Notes: generated by a model from the sequence alone, not told the origin. Positions 38,814 through 48,191 are shown, numbered from the stretch's first letter. The stretch: 64,000 bases of DNA from Candidatus Pacearchaeota archaeon (GCA_009694725.1 SICV01000003.1:21381-85380); one strand, 5' to 3'. Made by a program: numbers and translations.

Positions 38814-39371
38814 ATGGAGACTTCTTGGAAAGCAAAGCAAAAGTGGATGCGTCGAGTGTTGGGTGAAGTTCATCCTGGCTCTCTTTCCCCTTTGGTGCAA
38901 GCAGAAGATGCGCGAACGTTGGCGCGCGTTTCTCAATTGCTGAGTCGAGGGTACACTCTTACTGGTTCTCATGAAAAGGCAACGCATCAACGAGCGTTGG
39001 TTACCGAGCTCTATGCAGAAGCGGGAGATCGGTATGCACAGGCACGTTATCCTGAGGATGCTGCACGTATGTATCGTGCGGCAGGACTTGAAGATAAAGC
39101 AGAGGCAGTTGAACGTGCTGCTGAAACATCGCTCCGTCGATTGAGGCGGGACGTGTTGGGAAGGTCTACTCTTGTTTTCATCGGGATGTTTGTACTTGTA
39201 GGGTTATTTTCTGTAGCTCCTTCTGCTCTTGGTAATGTGATTGCCCCTGTTTCTTCCTCTCCTTCTTTATTTTTGCTCTTTGTGTGTACTCTCCTTCTCT
39301 TGTCGGTTGCGTGGTTGGAACGACGTACGTTGTTTCTGTGGTGGTGCGGTTTTACAGCAATATTTAAATAG
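38814..39371 (+). CDS. hypothetical protein with cytoplasmic helical N-domain and C-terminal TM pair
   Basis: The track ORF starts at 38727; start at METSWKAKQKW is preferred; two C-terminal TMs; first gene of the four-gene membrane cluster. Confidence 0.4.
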   Translation: METSWKAKQKWMRRVLGEVHPGSLSPLVQAEDARTLARVSQLLSRGYTLTGSHEKATHQRALVTELYAEAGDRYAQARYPEDAARMYRAAGLEDKAEAVERAAETSLRRLRRDVLGRSTLVFIGMFVLVGLFSVAPSALGNVIAPVSSSPSLFLLFVCTLLLLSVAWLERRTLFLWWCGFTAIFK

Positions 39372-39372
39372 T
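39349..39372 (+). promoter_or_regulatory. putative BRE/TATA promoter of paralog 1 (GGTTTTACAGCAATATTTAAATAG)
   Basis: TTTAAATA about -28 to -21 from the ATG at 39392; overlaps the last codons of the upstream gene; near-identical copy at 40410-40432 upstream of paralog 2. Confidence 0.5.
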
Positions 39373-39391
39373 CTTTTTTTATAAGTGTGTT

Positions 39392-40189
39392 ATGAATCAA
39401 AGAGGTTTGGTTGTTGTATTCTTATTGAGTCTTGTGTTTATTTCGAGTTTTGTTGCTGCTGCTGAAGGAGATTGGATTGATAATGTGAGAGAACAAGGAG
39501 GCAAGTTTATGACTAATGTTTTTGATCCTATTGCAAAGGGCCTTTTAGGCAATGTAGGTGCTGATCAGACCGATGTGTACCTTGTTAAATTCCTGCTTCT
39601 TGTGGCTTATTTTTCGATTGTCTGGGCAGTATTAAGTAAGACTGCAATTATAGGGGATAAACCAGGTACAGGTATCGTTATTTCGTTTGTTGTTGCACTG
39701 ATTGGTATTCGTTATTTGACTCCTGAAGCTATTCTTGCCGGTGCACTTTCAGCTTCTGCTACGGTGTTAGCATTGTTTATCTTTGGTACTTTTGCAGTGT
39801 TCTTTTATGTGATTCAATCGGGTGTTAAGACTCCACTTCTTAGAAAACTTGCTTGGATTATTCTTGCTGCGTGTTATGTGGGTATTTACGCTACGAGCGG
39901 CTTGGATAACCCTGCCACCTCTTGGATTTATATTACCGCTGCTGTGCTCTCAGGTGTTATCTTCTGGTTTGATGGAACCATTCAGAGTCTCTGGAATCGT
40001 GCTAAAGCAGAATCAGATGTCCGCGCAAGTGGAACCGATTCATATGAGAAGTTACTGGTTCAAGCTGAGAATATGAAACAAAATTATTTGGCTGCATTGA
40101 CGAGAGGGGATAAAGATCGTGCAAGTAAGGCAAAGGCAAAGTTAGGGCTTATTGAAAATGCGCTTGCAGAAGCTGCCAAATTATCTTAA
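39392..40189 (+). CDS. secreted polytopic membrane protein, paralog 1 of a tandem three-member family
   Basis: Signal peptide MNQRGLVVVFLLSLVFISSFVAAAEG; ~6 TMs; conserved blocks IRYLT and KLAWIILAACYVGIYAT; charged coiled-coil tail. Confidence 0.5.
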   Translation: MNQRGLVVVFLLSLVFISSFVAAAEGDWIDNVREQGGKFMTNVFDPIAKGLLGNVGADQTDVYLVKFLLLVAYFSIVWAVLSKTAIIGDKPGTGIVISFVVALIGIRYLTPEAILAGALSASATVLALFIFGTFAVFFYVIQSGVKTPLLRKLAWIILAACYVGIYATSGLDNPATSWIYITAAVLSGVIFWFDGTIQSLWNRAKAESDVRASGTDSYEKLLVQAENMKQNYLAALTRGDKDRASKAKAKLGLIENALAEAAKLS

Positions 40190-40409
40190 TTTTTTTTAAT
40201 TTTAATTTAAAGTAATACTTATATTGAGTGGCCGAGTTTTTTATTCTTTCATTGCTTTCTTGAAATGTTTGATTATCAGAAAATATAATTTTTAGATCAT
40301 ATAATTAAAAATACTTCTCTGATATCTGAATAATTCTGAGCGTTGGAGATGAGACTCATTGTAGTTAGTGATTTTTTTATTTTTCTTTCAAAATGGTTCT
40401 CTTTCGCTT

Positions 40410-40432
40410 GTTTTATAGCAATATTTAAATAG
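40410..40432 (+). promoter_or_regulatory. duplicated copy of the same promoter element upstream of paralog 2 (GTTTTATAGCAATATTTAAATAG)
   Basis: 21 of 23 nt identical to 39350-39372; TATA about -20 from the ATG at 40444. Confidence 0.5.
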
Positions 40433-40443
40433 GCCCTTTTTCT

Positions 40444-41286
40444 ATGCAGGGTATGAAACAAAGAGGTTTGTTTGGATTATTATTACTTTCTTTTATTCTT
40501 GTTTCAGGTTTAGTGAGTGCAGCAGAGACTGGTAATGCCTTTAAGCCATTGTTTGATTTAGCTCAAGGTATCTATGATGGAGTTATTGGATTGCTTTCGG
40601 GACCCCTTGCTTTACTTTTAGGTGAAACAAGTGCTTCTGCCGATTTAGCGAGTAGTTATTTACCTAAATTATTGATTGCTATTTTACTTTTCAGTGTCTT
40701 TTCTCTTGTCCTTGGAAAAGCGCCTTACTTTAAAGATCACACTTCCTTTGCATGGGTGGGTAGTGCAGCTATTGCTATTCTTAGTGTACGTTTCTTAACG
40801 TATGAATTTATTCTTACCGCTATTTTACCAAACACTGCAGTTGCCATTGCGGTTACTGCTATTTTGCCGTTTATTGTATTCTTTTTTGTGACTCGTGAAT
40901 TTGTCCCTATTGCTCGTAAATTGTCGTGGGTGTTCCTTGCAGTTGTTTTCTTTGGAATGTGGCTTACCTTTGCAGAGAAACTTGGGGACATTTCGTGGAT
41001 TTACCTTGTTTTTGTAGGTTTGGCTGCACTTATGGTTATATTCGATAGAAAATTGGAAGCTCTTTGGCAACGTTTCGGGGTAGATGATATTCTTGAAACC
41101 AGAAAGATTGATGCTAAAATTGCCCTTATGAAGGATTTCGATGCTGCTCGTATATCTTATTCTTCTGGCTCAGGGATTACTAAGGCTCAGTATAAAACCA
41201 AGCTTGATACAATTATAAGATCTGCTAAAGCTTATGATTTAAGTGATGTTGAAGCTCTTGCTAAACATGCCAAGTCTACCGTTTAA
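40444..41286 (+). CDS. secreted polytopic membrane protein, paralog 2
   Basis: Signal peptide MQGMKQRGLFGLLLLSFILVSGLVSAAETG; blocks VRFLT and KLSWVFLAVVFFGMWLT; same architecture as paralog 1. Confidence 0.5.
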   Translation: MQGMKQRGLFGLLLLSFILVSGLVSAAETGNAFKPLFDLAQGIYDGVIGLLSGPLALLLGETSASADLASSYLPKLLIAILLFSVFSLVLGKAPYFKDHTSFAWVGSAAIAILSVRFLTYEFILTAILPNTAVAIAVTAILPFIVFFFVTREFVPIARKLSWVFLAVVFFGMWLTFAEKLGDISWIYLVFVGLAALMVIFDRKLEALWQRFGVDDILETRKIDAKIALMKDFDAARISYSSGSGITKAQYKTKLDTIIRSAKAYDLSDVEALAKHAKSTV

Positions 41287-41375
41287 TTTTTTTATTTTAC
41301 ACTTTCGTTATAATTTTTTGTGCAATTATTGTTAGTTACGGAAATCTTTATAAGCTTCTTTCTCGAGTGAAGAAT

Positions 41376-42155
41376 ATGAAGAGGGTAGTTGTGTGCTGTT
41401 TCTTTTTGCTTATTAGTTTAGTATCGTTATCTTCTGTCTCTGCAGCGCCAGATATACGTGAATTATCAGGGTCTGTGGCAAAAGCATTTGTGGATATTGG
41501 AGAACCTTTATTGCAAGCACTCTTTGGTCATGAGTGGTCAGGACAGTTATTGTTTGAACGGTTTTTATTAGCGTTAGTATTAGTTGTTTTAATTTACCTT
41601 ATTTTGGGTAAGGTTCCTCTCTTTGAAGGGGACGGTCAGCAACGTATTCGTATGTGTATTGCGCTTATTGTGCCTTTGATTGGGATGCGTTACCTCGACT
41701 ATGCCTGGCTGACTTCAGTTCTCCAACAGTATGCCCTTTTAGCACTGGTATTGCTTGCGTTACTTCCTTTCCTGCTTTACTTTTACTTTTTGTATGAGAT
41801 AGCTGGAGATCATGGGATTATTCGTAAACTTGGCTGGTTGCTCTTTATTGCCTTGTATGCGGGTCTGTGGTCAACTGCACCGACCGATCGCGCAGACATT
41901 TACTTGTGGACAACGGTACTTGCCTTTGTGTGCTTGCTGGGAGATAATCTTATCTTTAGTCGGTATGAATTGCGTAAGCTCATGAAAGCTGATAGACGGT
42001 TTAAAGGTAGGGAGATTGCACGTTTACGAGATGAAATTCATGAAATCGAGGGTCAGATCGCTCGTGCAAGTATTGACGAACGAGAGGGAAGAAAAATGAT
42101 TAGTGACCTTCAGAAACACATTCATTGGTTACAAAAGCAATATGTAACTTCATAA
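41376..42155 (+). CDS. secreted polytopic membrane protein, paralog 3
   Basis: Signal peptide MKRVVVCCFFLLISLVSLSSVSAAPD; blocks MRYLD and KLGWLLFIALYAGLWST; the track starts at GTG 41367, the first ATG is 41376. Confidence 0.5.
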   Translation: MKRVVVCCFFLLISLVSLSSVSAAPDIRELSGSVAKAFVDIGEPLLQALFGHEWSGQLLFERFLLALVLVVLIYLILGKVPLFEGDGQQRIRMCIALIVPLIGMRYLDYAWLTSVLQQYALLALVLLALLPFLLYFYFLYEIAGDHGIIRKLGWLLFIALYAGLWSTAPTDRADIYLWTTVLAFVCLLGDNLIFSRYELRKLMKADRRFKGREIARLRDEIHEIEGQIARASIDEREGRKMISDLQKHIHWLQKQYVTS

Positions 42156-42318
42156 GTGAAGGTATTTATCTTAACGTAATGCCCTAGGGTTTCGCTGTAG
42201 GGATACAGACAAGGCAGGATTACACTTTACAAGTAAAGTACGTTACAAATTCAGGTATCTGATGTTCGACTTTGATGGGAGTAGCAGAGATATGTAATTT
42301 GTTTATAAAAAACTATTT

Positions 42319-42570
42319 TTATACAACTTTGCGATACCCGACAATGTTATTCTTTGGGTCGTAGATAGGGACTTCAGGTTGTTGTACGGATGATGCTTTC
42401 TTGACCAGGAGGATGCCAATGACTGCAATAATGGCACCCAGGATCATGAGGGTGGTTGGAGAGAGGAATGAGGGAAGGGTGAGCTTTAATGCGGTTTGGA
42501 CGGGTTTGATACCAAGGGTAAGGACACCCAATCCGACGAGTGTAAGTGCGTAGCCAACCCCTTTGTTCAT
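42319..42570 (-). CDS. small two-TM membrane protein
   Basis: 83 aa; two hydrophobic helices. Confidence 0.4.
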   Translation of the reverse strand: MNKGVGYALTLVGLGVLTLGIKPVQTALKLTLPSFLSPTTLMILGAIIAVIGILLVKKASSVQQPEVPIYDPKNNIVGYRKVV

Positions 42571-42606
42571 AGCTCTCTTGAGGAGTTTTTGTATATAAAT
42601 GTTCTG

Positions 42607-42876
42607 TTAGTTTAGATAGGCGTTATCATGATGTTCTATATTTGTGAAGATTATTTTATTATCTGTTTTATCATATTTGAATAATAGTACGAATGAGCCG
42701 ATATGAACACGTTTGTATTCTTTAAGTTTATTTTGTAGGTTTTTGTAATGTTCCACATTCTCTGAATGTATTATTTCGTCCATTTTGTTAAGTGTTTGTT
42801 CATAGAGCGATTTATCTTTCTTACTTAATTTTTGTAACTTTTTGCTAAGGAGCGGGAGAACATCATACTGGCGCAT
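42607..42876 (-). CDS. RelE/ParE-superfamily toxin
   Basis: 89 aa; C-terminal YKRVHIGSFVLLFKYDKTDNKIIFTNIEHHDNAY matches the RelE/YoeB core pattern (YR.R.GDYR.IY..D....I..I.HR...Y). Confidence 0.6.
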   Translation of the reverse strand: MRQYDVLPLLSKKLQKLSKKDKSLYEQTLNKMDEIIHSENVEHYKNLQNKLKEYKRVHIGSFVLLFKYDKTDNKIIFTNIEHHDNAYLN

Positions 42877-42877
42877 T

Positions 42878-43120
42878 TTATGCTCTTTCTACTATCCTGC
42901 GTAATTCTTGTATATTCTTAAAGGGGATTCCTTTTTCTTTTTCACTTTCTCTTACTTCTGCCACGAACTCTGGCCGTAGTTCGGGCTCGAGTTCATATTG
43001 TTCGTATGAATTGGTAATCATCGTGACTGCCTCAGATTTATTTTTAAGACCAAACTTTGCTTTGACTATGTTAATTACTCGGTCTACTCGTTCATCTACA
43101 TCAATAACACTTTGTACCAT
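42878..43120 (-). CDS. ribbon-helix-helix-type antitoxin
   Basis: 80 aa; N-terminal beta-strand plus helix (VIDVDERVDRVINIVKAKFGLKNKSEAVTMI); 1-nt gap to the toxin gene, classic antitoxin-first operon. Confidence 0.5.
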   Translation of the reverse strand: MVQSVIDVDERVDRVINIVKAKFGLKNKSEAVTMITNSYEQYELEPELRPEFVAEVRESEKEKGIPFKNIQELRRIVERA

Positions 43121-43201
43121 TATGAATTATAATGATTCATTATGCTTTATAATGCTTTCTGTTTTTGGTAGTTTTATATATCCTGCTTCTTATATAGTGC
43201 C

Positions 43202-43975
43202 ATGGCACCGTATGATTGTCTGGGAACGATATGTTTAGTGAAGTTTCCACGAGGGACCAAGCTGCGAGAGAAGAAAGGGTTTGCTGCTTTGTTTATGCGT
43301 GAGCACCCTCGTATCACGACTGTGCTTGAGAAGACGGGTAAGATTTCGGGGCGATTACGTACGCCGACGTCGCGCTGGTTGGGTGGGGAGAAGACGAAGG
43401 AAGCATTCTATGCGGAGAATGGGTGTGTGTTTCGTTTGAATGTGGATAGTTGTTATTTTTCTCCTCGTCTTGCGGAAGAACGAAAACAGACTGCGTCGAT
43501 GGTGAAGAAAGGGGAGCGGGTGCTGGTGTTGTGTGGGGGTGTGGGGCCGTTTGCAGTGGTGATTGCAAAGGCTGGCAAGGCCACTGAAGTGGTGAGTGTG
43601 GAGTTAGGGAAGGAACCAAGTCGGTATGCGCTGGACAATGTGAAACGGAATAAAGTGAGAGTGGAAGTGGTGCAAGGTGATGTGAAGAAGGTGTTGCCGC
43701 GTTTTGTGAAGGCTCGACGCGTGTTTGATCGAATTGTGATGGCTCGTCCGAATCTTACGGATACGTTTTTGACGCCCACACTTGCCGTTGCTCGAAAGGG
43801 AACGATGATTCATTATTATGGATTTTGTCATGAAGACGGATTGGAAGGGATGAAAACTGCATTGCTTGTCGAGGGGAAGAAAGCGGGAAGGAAATTACAG
43901 ATTCAGGGTGTGAAGAAAGCGGGAGATATTGGGACGCGGAAGTATCGGTATCGTATTGACTTCGTTGTCAGATGA
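43202..43975 (+). CDS. Trm5/Taw2 (Met-10+-like) class I SAM-dependent tRNA methyltransferase
   Basis: 257 aa; SAM-binding VLVLCGGVGPFAVVIAK; acidic residue after beta2; Trm5/TYW2-like length. Confidence 0.65.
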   Translation: MAPYDCLGTICLVKFPRGTKLREKKGFAALFMREHPRITTVLEKTGKISGRLRTPTSRWLGGEKTKEAFYAENGCVFRLNVDSCYFSPRLAEERKQTASMVKKGERVLVLCGGVGPFAVVIAKAGKATEVVSVELGKEPSRYALDNVKRNKVRVEVVQGDVKKVLPRFVKARRVFDRIVMARPNLTDTFLTPTLAVARKGTMIHYYGFCHEDGLEGMKTALLVEGKKAGRKLQIQGVKKAGDIGTRKYRYRIDFVVR

Positions 43976-43989
43976 AGGAAAAGTATTAC

Positions 43990-44232
43990 TTACTGTAATC
44001 GCGATAATTGTGTTGTAGGTACGTCTTGATAGGGGATGGTTGCTTGTAATTTATGTGCTCTTCGCGGTTGTAATCTGGAGAGTTCTCTGAATTCTCGTTC
44101 ATAGGCACGGATGTGGGCAGAGGCGTTGAAAAACGGTTCTTCTGCATCGTACAGTTCACGTGCTTCTTGTTCTAGTGCTTTTTGTGTTGCGGTGCTTCCT
44201 TTGCCGTGCGGAAAGAGATAGAGTTCAGGCAT
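43990..44232 (-). CDS. small hypothetical protein downstream of the HerA-like ATPase
   Basis: 80 aa; 5 nt after the ATPase stop on the same strand; no motif. Confidence 0.3.
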   Translation of the reverse strand: MPELYLFPHGKGSTATQKALEQEARELYDAEEPFFNASAHIRAYEREFRELSRLQPRRAHKLQATIPYQDVPTTQLSRLQ

Positions 44233-44237
44233 GTTGT

Positions 44238-45539
44238 TTAGAGTTGCAAATCGGCTTTTATAGCTGTGGGTGCTTCACCGCCGTGCCAGGTGAAACGAGG
44301 ACGGACACGCATGGGATAGAGGCGTTCAGAGTTGTCGTCGAGTACGAGTGCTGCTCCTTTGACCGGAGGGAGATCATCCATTGCTTGTTTGAGAGAAGAA
44401 AGAAGATAGGATTGCATCATGGATTGGAGTGCTTCAACGTCTGCCGTTGCAGTCACGCGATGGGCAATGACAATATCTGCTTGGGAGAGAACGTCGGTGT
44501 GAATTTTTCCTGGTTGTTGGGTGGCGAGTACAAGGGAGAGTCCGGGTTGACGCCCTTCGCGTAGGACTTGGATGAGTGCATCGGTGGCAGGTGTTTTTTC
44601 ATCTTTGGGAAGAAATTCATGGGCTTCATCAATGAAGAGCCAGACGAGTGGGTCTTGCGTGGATGATTTATAGGAAAGATAGTCTTGTCCGTGTTGGAGG
44701 GCGTAGCGCTCTTCTTGTTTTCTACTTTCCATTCTACTGATAAAAATCTTACGCGTGATGATGCTGATGACTAATGCACGGATGTTGAATGCTCCGATGG
44801 AACTATAGACTGAGGTGTCGATGACCGTTGTTTTACCCGGGGGGATGAGTTCTTTGATAGTCGTTCCTTGTGGTGTTTCAGAGAAGACGCCCCATTGAGA
44901 TGCTGCTTTGAATAAGGAGCTGACTATATTTTTTGTTTCGGGTGTTGCCTTTGTATCGTGTTCAAGTAAGGCTTGGAGTTCGGTGAGTGTGTAATCAGTT
45001 GGGGCTTGGGCAAGCGTATTCTGAATGAGGACGCCTGCAGGACTGGTGAGGGAGAGGTTGAAGAGCGTGATCCAATCTTCTGCCTGGAGTTCAGATGCAG
45101 CGAGGGCAAAAGTGGCATCGAAGGGTATATTATTGCGTTGATAGACCTCTGTTTTTCCTGCCGGGACGAGGACAGTGATAGGGAGCGATTTTGTTTCTAA
45201 GTTCCATTCTTTCAATAAGGGGGCGTCTTTTTCATTTTTGAATTTCATGGTCCAGAAGATACCCATCGTATCGAAGATGAGTGAGGAAATATTGCGTGCT
45301 GTTTCGGAAGGAAGACAGGCAAGTTCTTCAGCGATTGTGCCCACAGAGTAAGACTTGCCACTTCCACGTTTGCCCGCGATAAGGATAACATGTGAACGCG
45401 CAACATCAACTTTGATCGTATTTGAGAGTGACGTGTAAGTGCCCATCTTCACATACCCTTTCCCGAGATAGATGAGTCCGCGATTGCCGAATCGCTGTTT
45501 ATCGGAAGTATCCCGTCCTATTATCACGTCTATTCCCAT
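44238..45539 (-). CDS. HerA/FtsK-superfamily (DUF87-like) P-loop ATPase
   Basis: Walker A IAGKRGSGKSYSVGT; Walker B LVWLFIDEAHEF; C-terminal RVRPRFTWHGGEA arginine-finger-like motif typical of HerA/VirB4-like ATPases; 433 aa; no NurA nearby. Confidence 0.65.
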   Translation of the reverse strand: MGIDVIIGRDTSDKQRFGNRGLIYLGKGYVKMGTYTSLSNTIKVDVARSHVILIAGKRGSGKSYSVGTIAEELACLPSETARNISSLIFDTMGIFWTMKFKNEKDAPLLKEWNLETKSLPITVLVPAGKTEVYQRNNIPFDATFALAASELQAEDWITLFNLSLTSPAGVLIQNTLAQAPTDYTLTELQALLEHDTKATPETKNIVSSLFKAASQWGVFSETPQGTTIKELIPPGKTTVIDTSVYSSIGAFNIRALVISIITRKIFISRMESRKQEERYALQHGQDYLSYKSSTQDPLVWLFIDEAHEFLPKDEKTPATDALIQVLREGRQPGLSLVLATQQPGKIHTDVLSQADIVIAHRVTATADVEALQSMMQSYLLSSLKQAMDDLPPVKGAALVLDDNSERLYPMRVRPRFTWHGGEAPTAIKADLQL

Positions 45540-45795
45540 GAGTGCTTCACGGGGAAGGAGTTATTAAAACTAGTGGACACGAGAATCTATTTAAGGGTTC
45601 AGATAGGTTATTCGAGTTGGTTGTTCAGTATTCAGTACGGATACCATTCCCCCCCTTAGGAAGCAGTATCTTGTTCCCTGTATTTATTATCCCCCTAGTT
45701 CTTACAATCCCTTTGTTCCGGTTTTTGGCACTCGACATGAAGACGCTGAACTCATTGGATTTCCGCAAGAACATTTTCATTATGACTTTCGATTT

Positions 45796-46200
45796 ATGTC
45801 CGACGATCAACTGCGCGTCATCACGTTATTTTCTCGTTTGTCCTCACAAGGAGAATTGTCTTTAGAACAGCTTCTCCCCTGTCTTATGAATTGTGTTAAT
45901 ACTCGTTCGGAGTCAGTTGTTCTTAGATCGAAATTGTGTTATTATACAATGCCTGTGTTTCAGTCTCACCATGTGGGTGGGCCCTATCCAGGGCCCTATC
46001 ACTTTATGCGTGCGTTAGAAGAAGCGTATCGCGATACGCACGTCACTTGTGGAAAATGTCCGCATCGAGTGATGGATTTACAGGGAGTTCCTACCGATAG
46101 AGAGAGACGAAAAGTGTGCCCGCCCATGGCTTGTGTCGGGATCCAGAGGAAACAGTTGTTCCACGAGTATTTTTGTAATGTATTTGTTCAATCTCCATAA
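45796..46200 (+). CDS. hypothetical Cys-rich protein
   Basis: 134 aa; CGKCPH and CPPMAC motifs; divergent from the ATPase gene. Confidence 0.35.
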   Translation: MSDDQLRVITLFSRLSSQGELSLEQLLPCLMNCVNTRSESVVLRSKLCYYTMPVFQSHHVGGPYPGPYHFMRALEEAYRDTHVTCGKCPHRVMDLQGVPTDRERRKVCPPMACVGIQRKQLFHEYFCNVFVQSP

Positions 46201-46223
46201 CCTTTTTATACCCCCTTTCAATC

Positions 46224-47255
46224 TTGTGTAGTATGGAACATGGTAAAAAAGCGGTGAAGCACATAGATCATGCAGCTCATTCGACTCATTCTTCTTCAGA
46301 TTCTATTGAAATTCCTATCGGTAAATGGATGCATGCAGTGAAATCAAATGGGTGGGTTGCTGCTACATTGCTTCTTGCGATTTTTTCGATTGTGTTAGTC
46401 ATTATCCATGTACGCGGAGGAACTTCTTCTGCCACCAGTACAGGTGATGAAGCTGCTCAAGCGTTAATTTCATTTATTACCCAGCAAGGATCTGATGCTA
46501 CGTTAGTTAGTGTGATGCAAGAAGGGGCATTGTATAAGGTTACCTTGTCTATTGATGGTCAAACTGCCCCTATTTATGTGACATTGGATGGTAAATATGC
46601 GGTTCCTCAACCAATTCCTATTGATGGTTCGGCTCCTGCTGGTGGAACGACGCCTCCTCGTGGAACGACTCCTCCTTCTTCTGATCCGGTTACAGTTGAT
46701 ATTGCTGGTAGTCCTGTGTTGGGACAAGCGAATGCTCCGGTGACAATTGTTGAGTTTTCTGATTATCAATGTCCTTTCTGTCGTAAATTCTGGAGTGATG
46801 CTTATACGCAATTGAAGACAGACTATATTGCTACTGGGAAAGTTAAGTTAGTGTTTAAGGATTATCCTCTTGATTTCCACCCTATGGCTTTGAAGACTGC
46901 TGAAGCGGTTCGTTGTGTTCGAGATCAGAAGAAGGATGCAGGTTATTTTGCATTCCATGATAAAGTATTTGAGGAACAAATGAAACTTGATGGGGGTACT
47001 GTAAAAAGTACTGTTACCTATACCATTGATGATTTGAAGAAATGGGCTAAAGAACTAGGCGGTATTAATATGGTTACCTTCGCTAGTTGTTTGGATTCAG
47101 GTAAGTATACCGAAGCAGTTAAAGCTGATCAAGTCTATGGTCAACAACTAGGTATTTCAGGCACCCCTGGATTCTTTATCAATGGGCGTGTTCTTGAAGG
47201 GGCTCAACCCTTTGCGGCCTTTAAGAGATTGATTGATGCAGAGCTTGCTGCATGA
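46224..47255 (+). CDS. membrane-anchored DsbA-like thioredoxin-fold thiol:disulfide oxidoreductase
   Basis: N-terminal TM; CPFC active site inside a thioredoxin fold; DsbA-like helical insertion. Confidence 0.7.
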   Translation: MCSMEHGKKAVKHIDHAAHSTHSSSDSIEIPIGKWMHAVKSNGWVAATLLLAIFSIVLVIIHVRGGTSSATSTGDEAAQALISFITQQGSDATLVSVMQEGALYKVTLSIDGQTAPIYVTLDGKYAVPQPIPIDGSAPAGGTTPPRGTTPPSSDPVTVDIAGSPVLGQANAPVTIVEFSDYQCPFCRKFWSDAYTQLKTDYIATGKVKLVFKDYPLDFHPMALKTAEAVRCVRDQKKDAGYFAFHDKVFEEQMKLDGGTVKSTVTYTIDDLKKWAKELGGINMVTFASCLDSGKYTEAVKADQVYGQQLGISGTPGFFINGRVLEGAQPFAAFKRLIDAELAA

Positions 47256-47635
47256 AACTTGCAGAATTGAAGGCAGGACAGGGTAAAGTTGATATCATGG
47301 TCACTGTTACTGCGAAAGGTGACCCTCGTTCATTTGATAAATATGGTAAACAATTACGTGTGTGCAATGCAACTGTGAGTGATGGGGAAAGTGATATGAC
47401 GTTGAGTTTATGGAATGATGAAATCGACACGGTGAGCGTTGGGGCACAATTACAGATTGCGAATGGGTATGTGTCTGAATTTCAAGGGAAGAAGCAATTA
47501 AGTGCAGGTAAATTTGGTAAATTAAGTGTTGTGGGTGCGGAAGATGCTGATGCTGCTGCTACACCTGCAAAATCTGCGAAACCAGCCAAGGCAAAACCTG
47601 CTCCTGCCTCTTCTGAAGACGAAATGGCTTTCTAA
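47252..47635 (+). CDS. ssb: OB-fold single-stranded DNA-binding protein (SSB-like) with acidic C-terminal tail
   Basis: OB-fold pattern (VDIMVTV...RVCNATVSDGESDMTLSLWND...IANGYVSEFQGKKQL); Ala/Lys/Pro-rich linker; acidic tail SSEDEMAF; 4-nt overlap with the upstream gene. Confidence 0.55.
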   Translation: MKLAELKAGQGKVDIMVTVTAKGDPRSFDKYGKQLRVCNATVSDGESDMTLSLWNDEIDTVSVGAQLQIANGYVSEFQGKKQLSAGKFGKLSVVGAEDADAAATPAKSAKPAKAKPAPASSEDEMAF

Positions 47636-47682
47636 GTATTTTTTACCATAACCTTTATTAATCTAGGTTCTGTATCTTTGCT

Positions 47683-48162
47683 ATGAATAGTTCTCTTACC
47701 CGTCGCGCTTTCTTAGGATCTGCTGCGCTTGGGGCTGGAGCTTTAGTAGTTGCCCCCTCGTCTCTTGTTCCTGCTTCTTTTGCTGAGCAGATTACTGCTA
47801 CTCCTCTATATGCTCATTTAGCGGAACATATGGGTGCGCCTCTTTCCTTTCAACCCGCTAAACCTATGGAAATCATTGGTATGATGCGCAGACATAGAGA
47901 TTCTCAGTTTGCTATGTTGAATCTTTGTATTAGGCATGAACAAGATGCAGAGTCTGTTGGAAGATTTATTTCTTTGGAGACATCCAAAGGTCTTCAATTT
48001 TCTTATTTGGGCGATTTTCCTCATCCTGATTGGCAACGTCCTCGTATCCCGTTAGTTGATTATGTTCATTTTATCCAGTATCCAGATGGTAGAATTACTA
48101 AACGTTATCTTGAGCCTGCATTGCCTGGGCGACCTTCTCTCGATGCTGTTCCCTTTCTCTAG
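47683..48162 (+). CDS. hypothetical Tat-signal protein
   Basis: Twin-arginine signal [25 protein letters not shown]. Confidence 0.45.
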   Translation: MNSSLTRRAFLGSAALGAGALVVAPSSLVPASFAEQITATPLYAHLAEHMGAPLSFQPAKPMEIIGMMRRHRDSQFAMLNLCIRHEQDAESVGRFISLETSKGLQFSYLGDFPHPDWQRPRIPLVDYVHFIQYPDGRITKRYLEPALPGRPSLDAVPFL

Positions 48163-48191
48163 GAAATCTTTATAATCTCTCTTCTGGTGGG

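Noticed and set aside
40190-40443. AT-rich 254-nt spacer between paralogs 1 and 2 as a C/D-box sRNA (CTGATAT..CTGA..ATGAGA)
   Set aside because: Box-like strings are degenerate and expected by chance in AT-rich DNA. No terminal stem or properly spaced C/D/C'/D' arrangement was found. The region is better explained as the duplicated promoter-bearing spacer.
44238-45539. Calling the DUF87/HerA-like ATPase a canonical HerA-NurA end-resection helicase
   Set aside because: No NurA-like nuclease gene is adjacent and the protein is shorter than typical HerA. It is kept as HerA-superfamily ATPase of unknown role.
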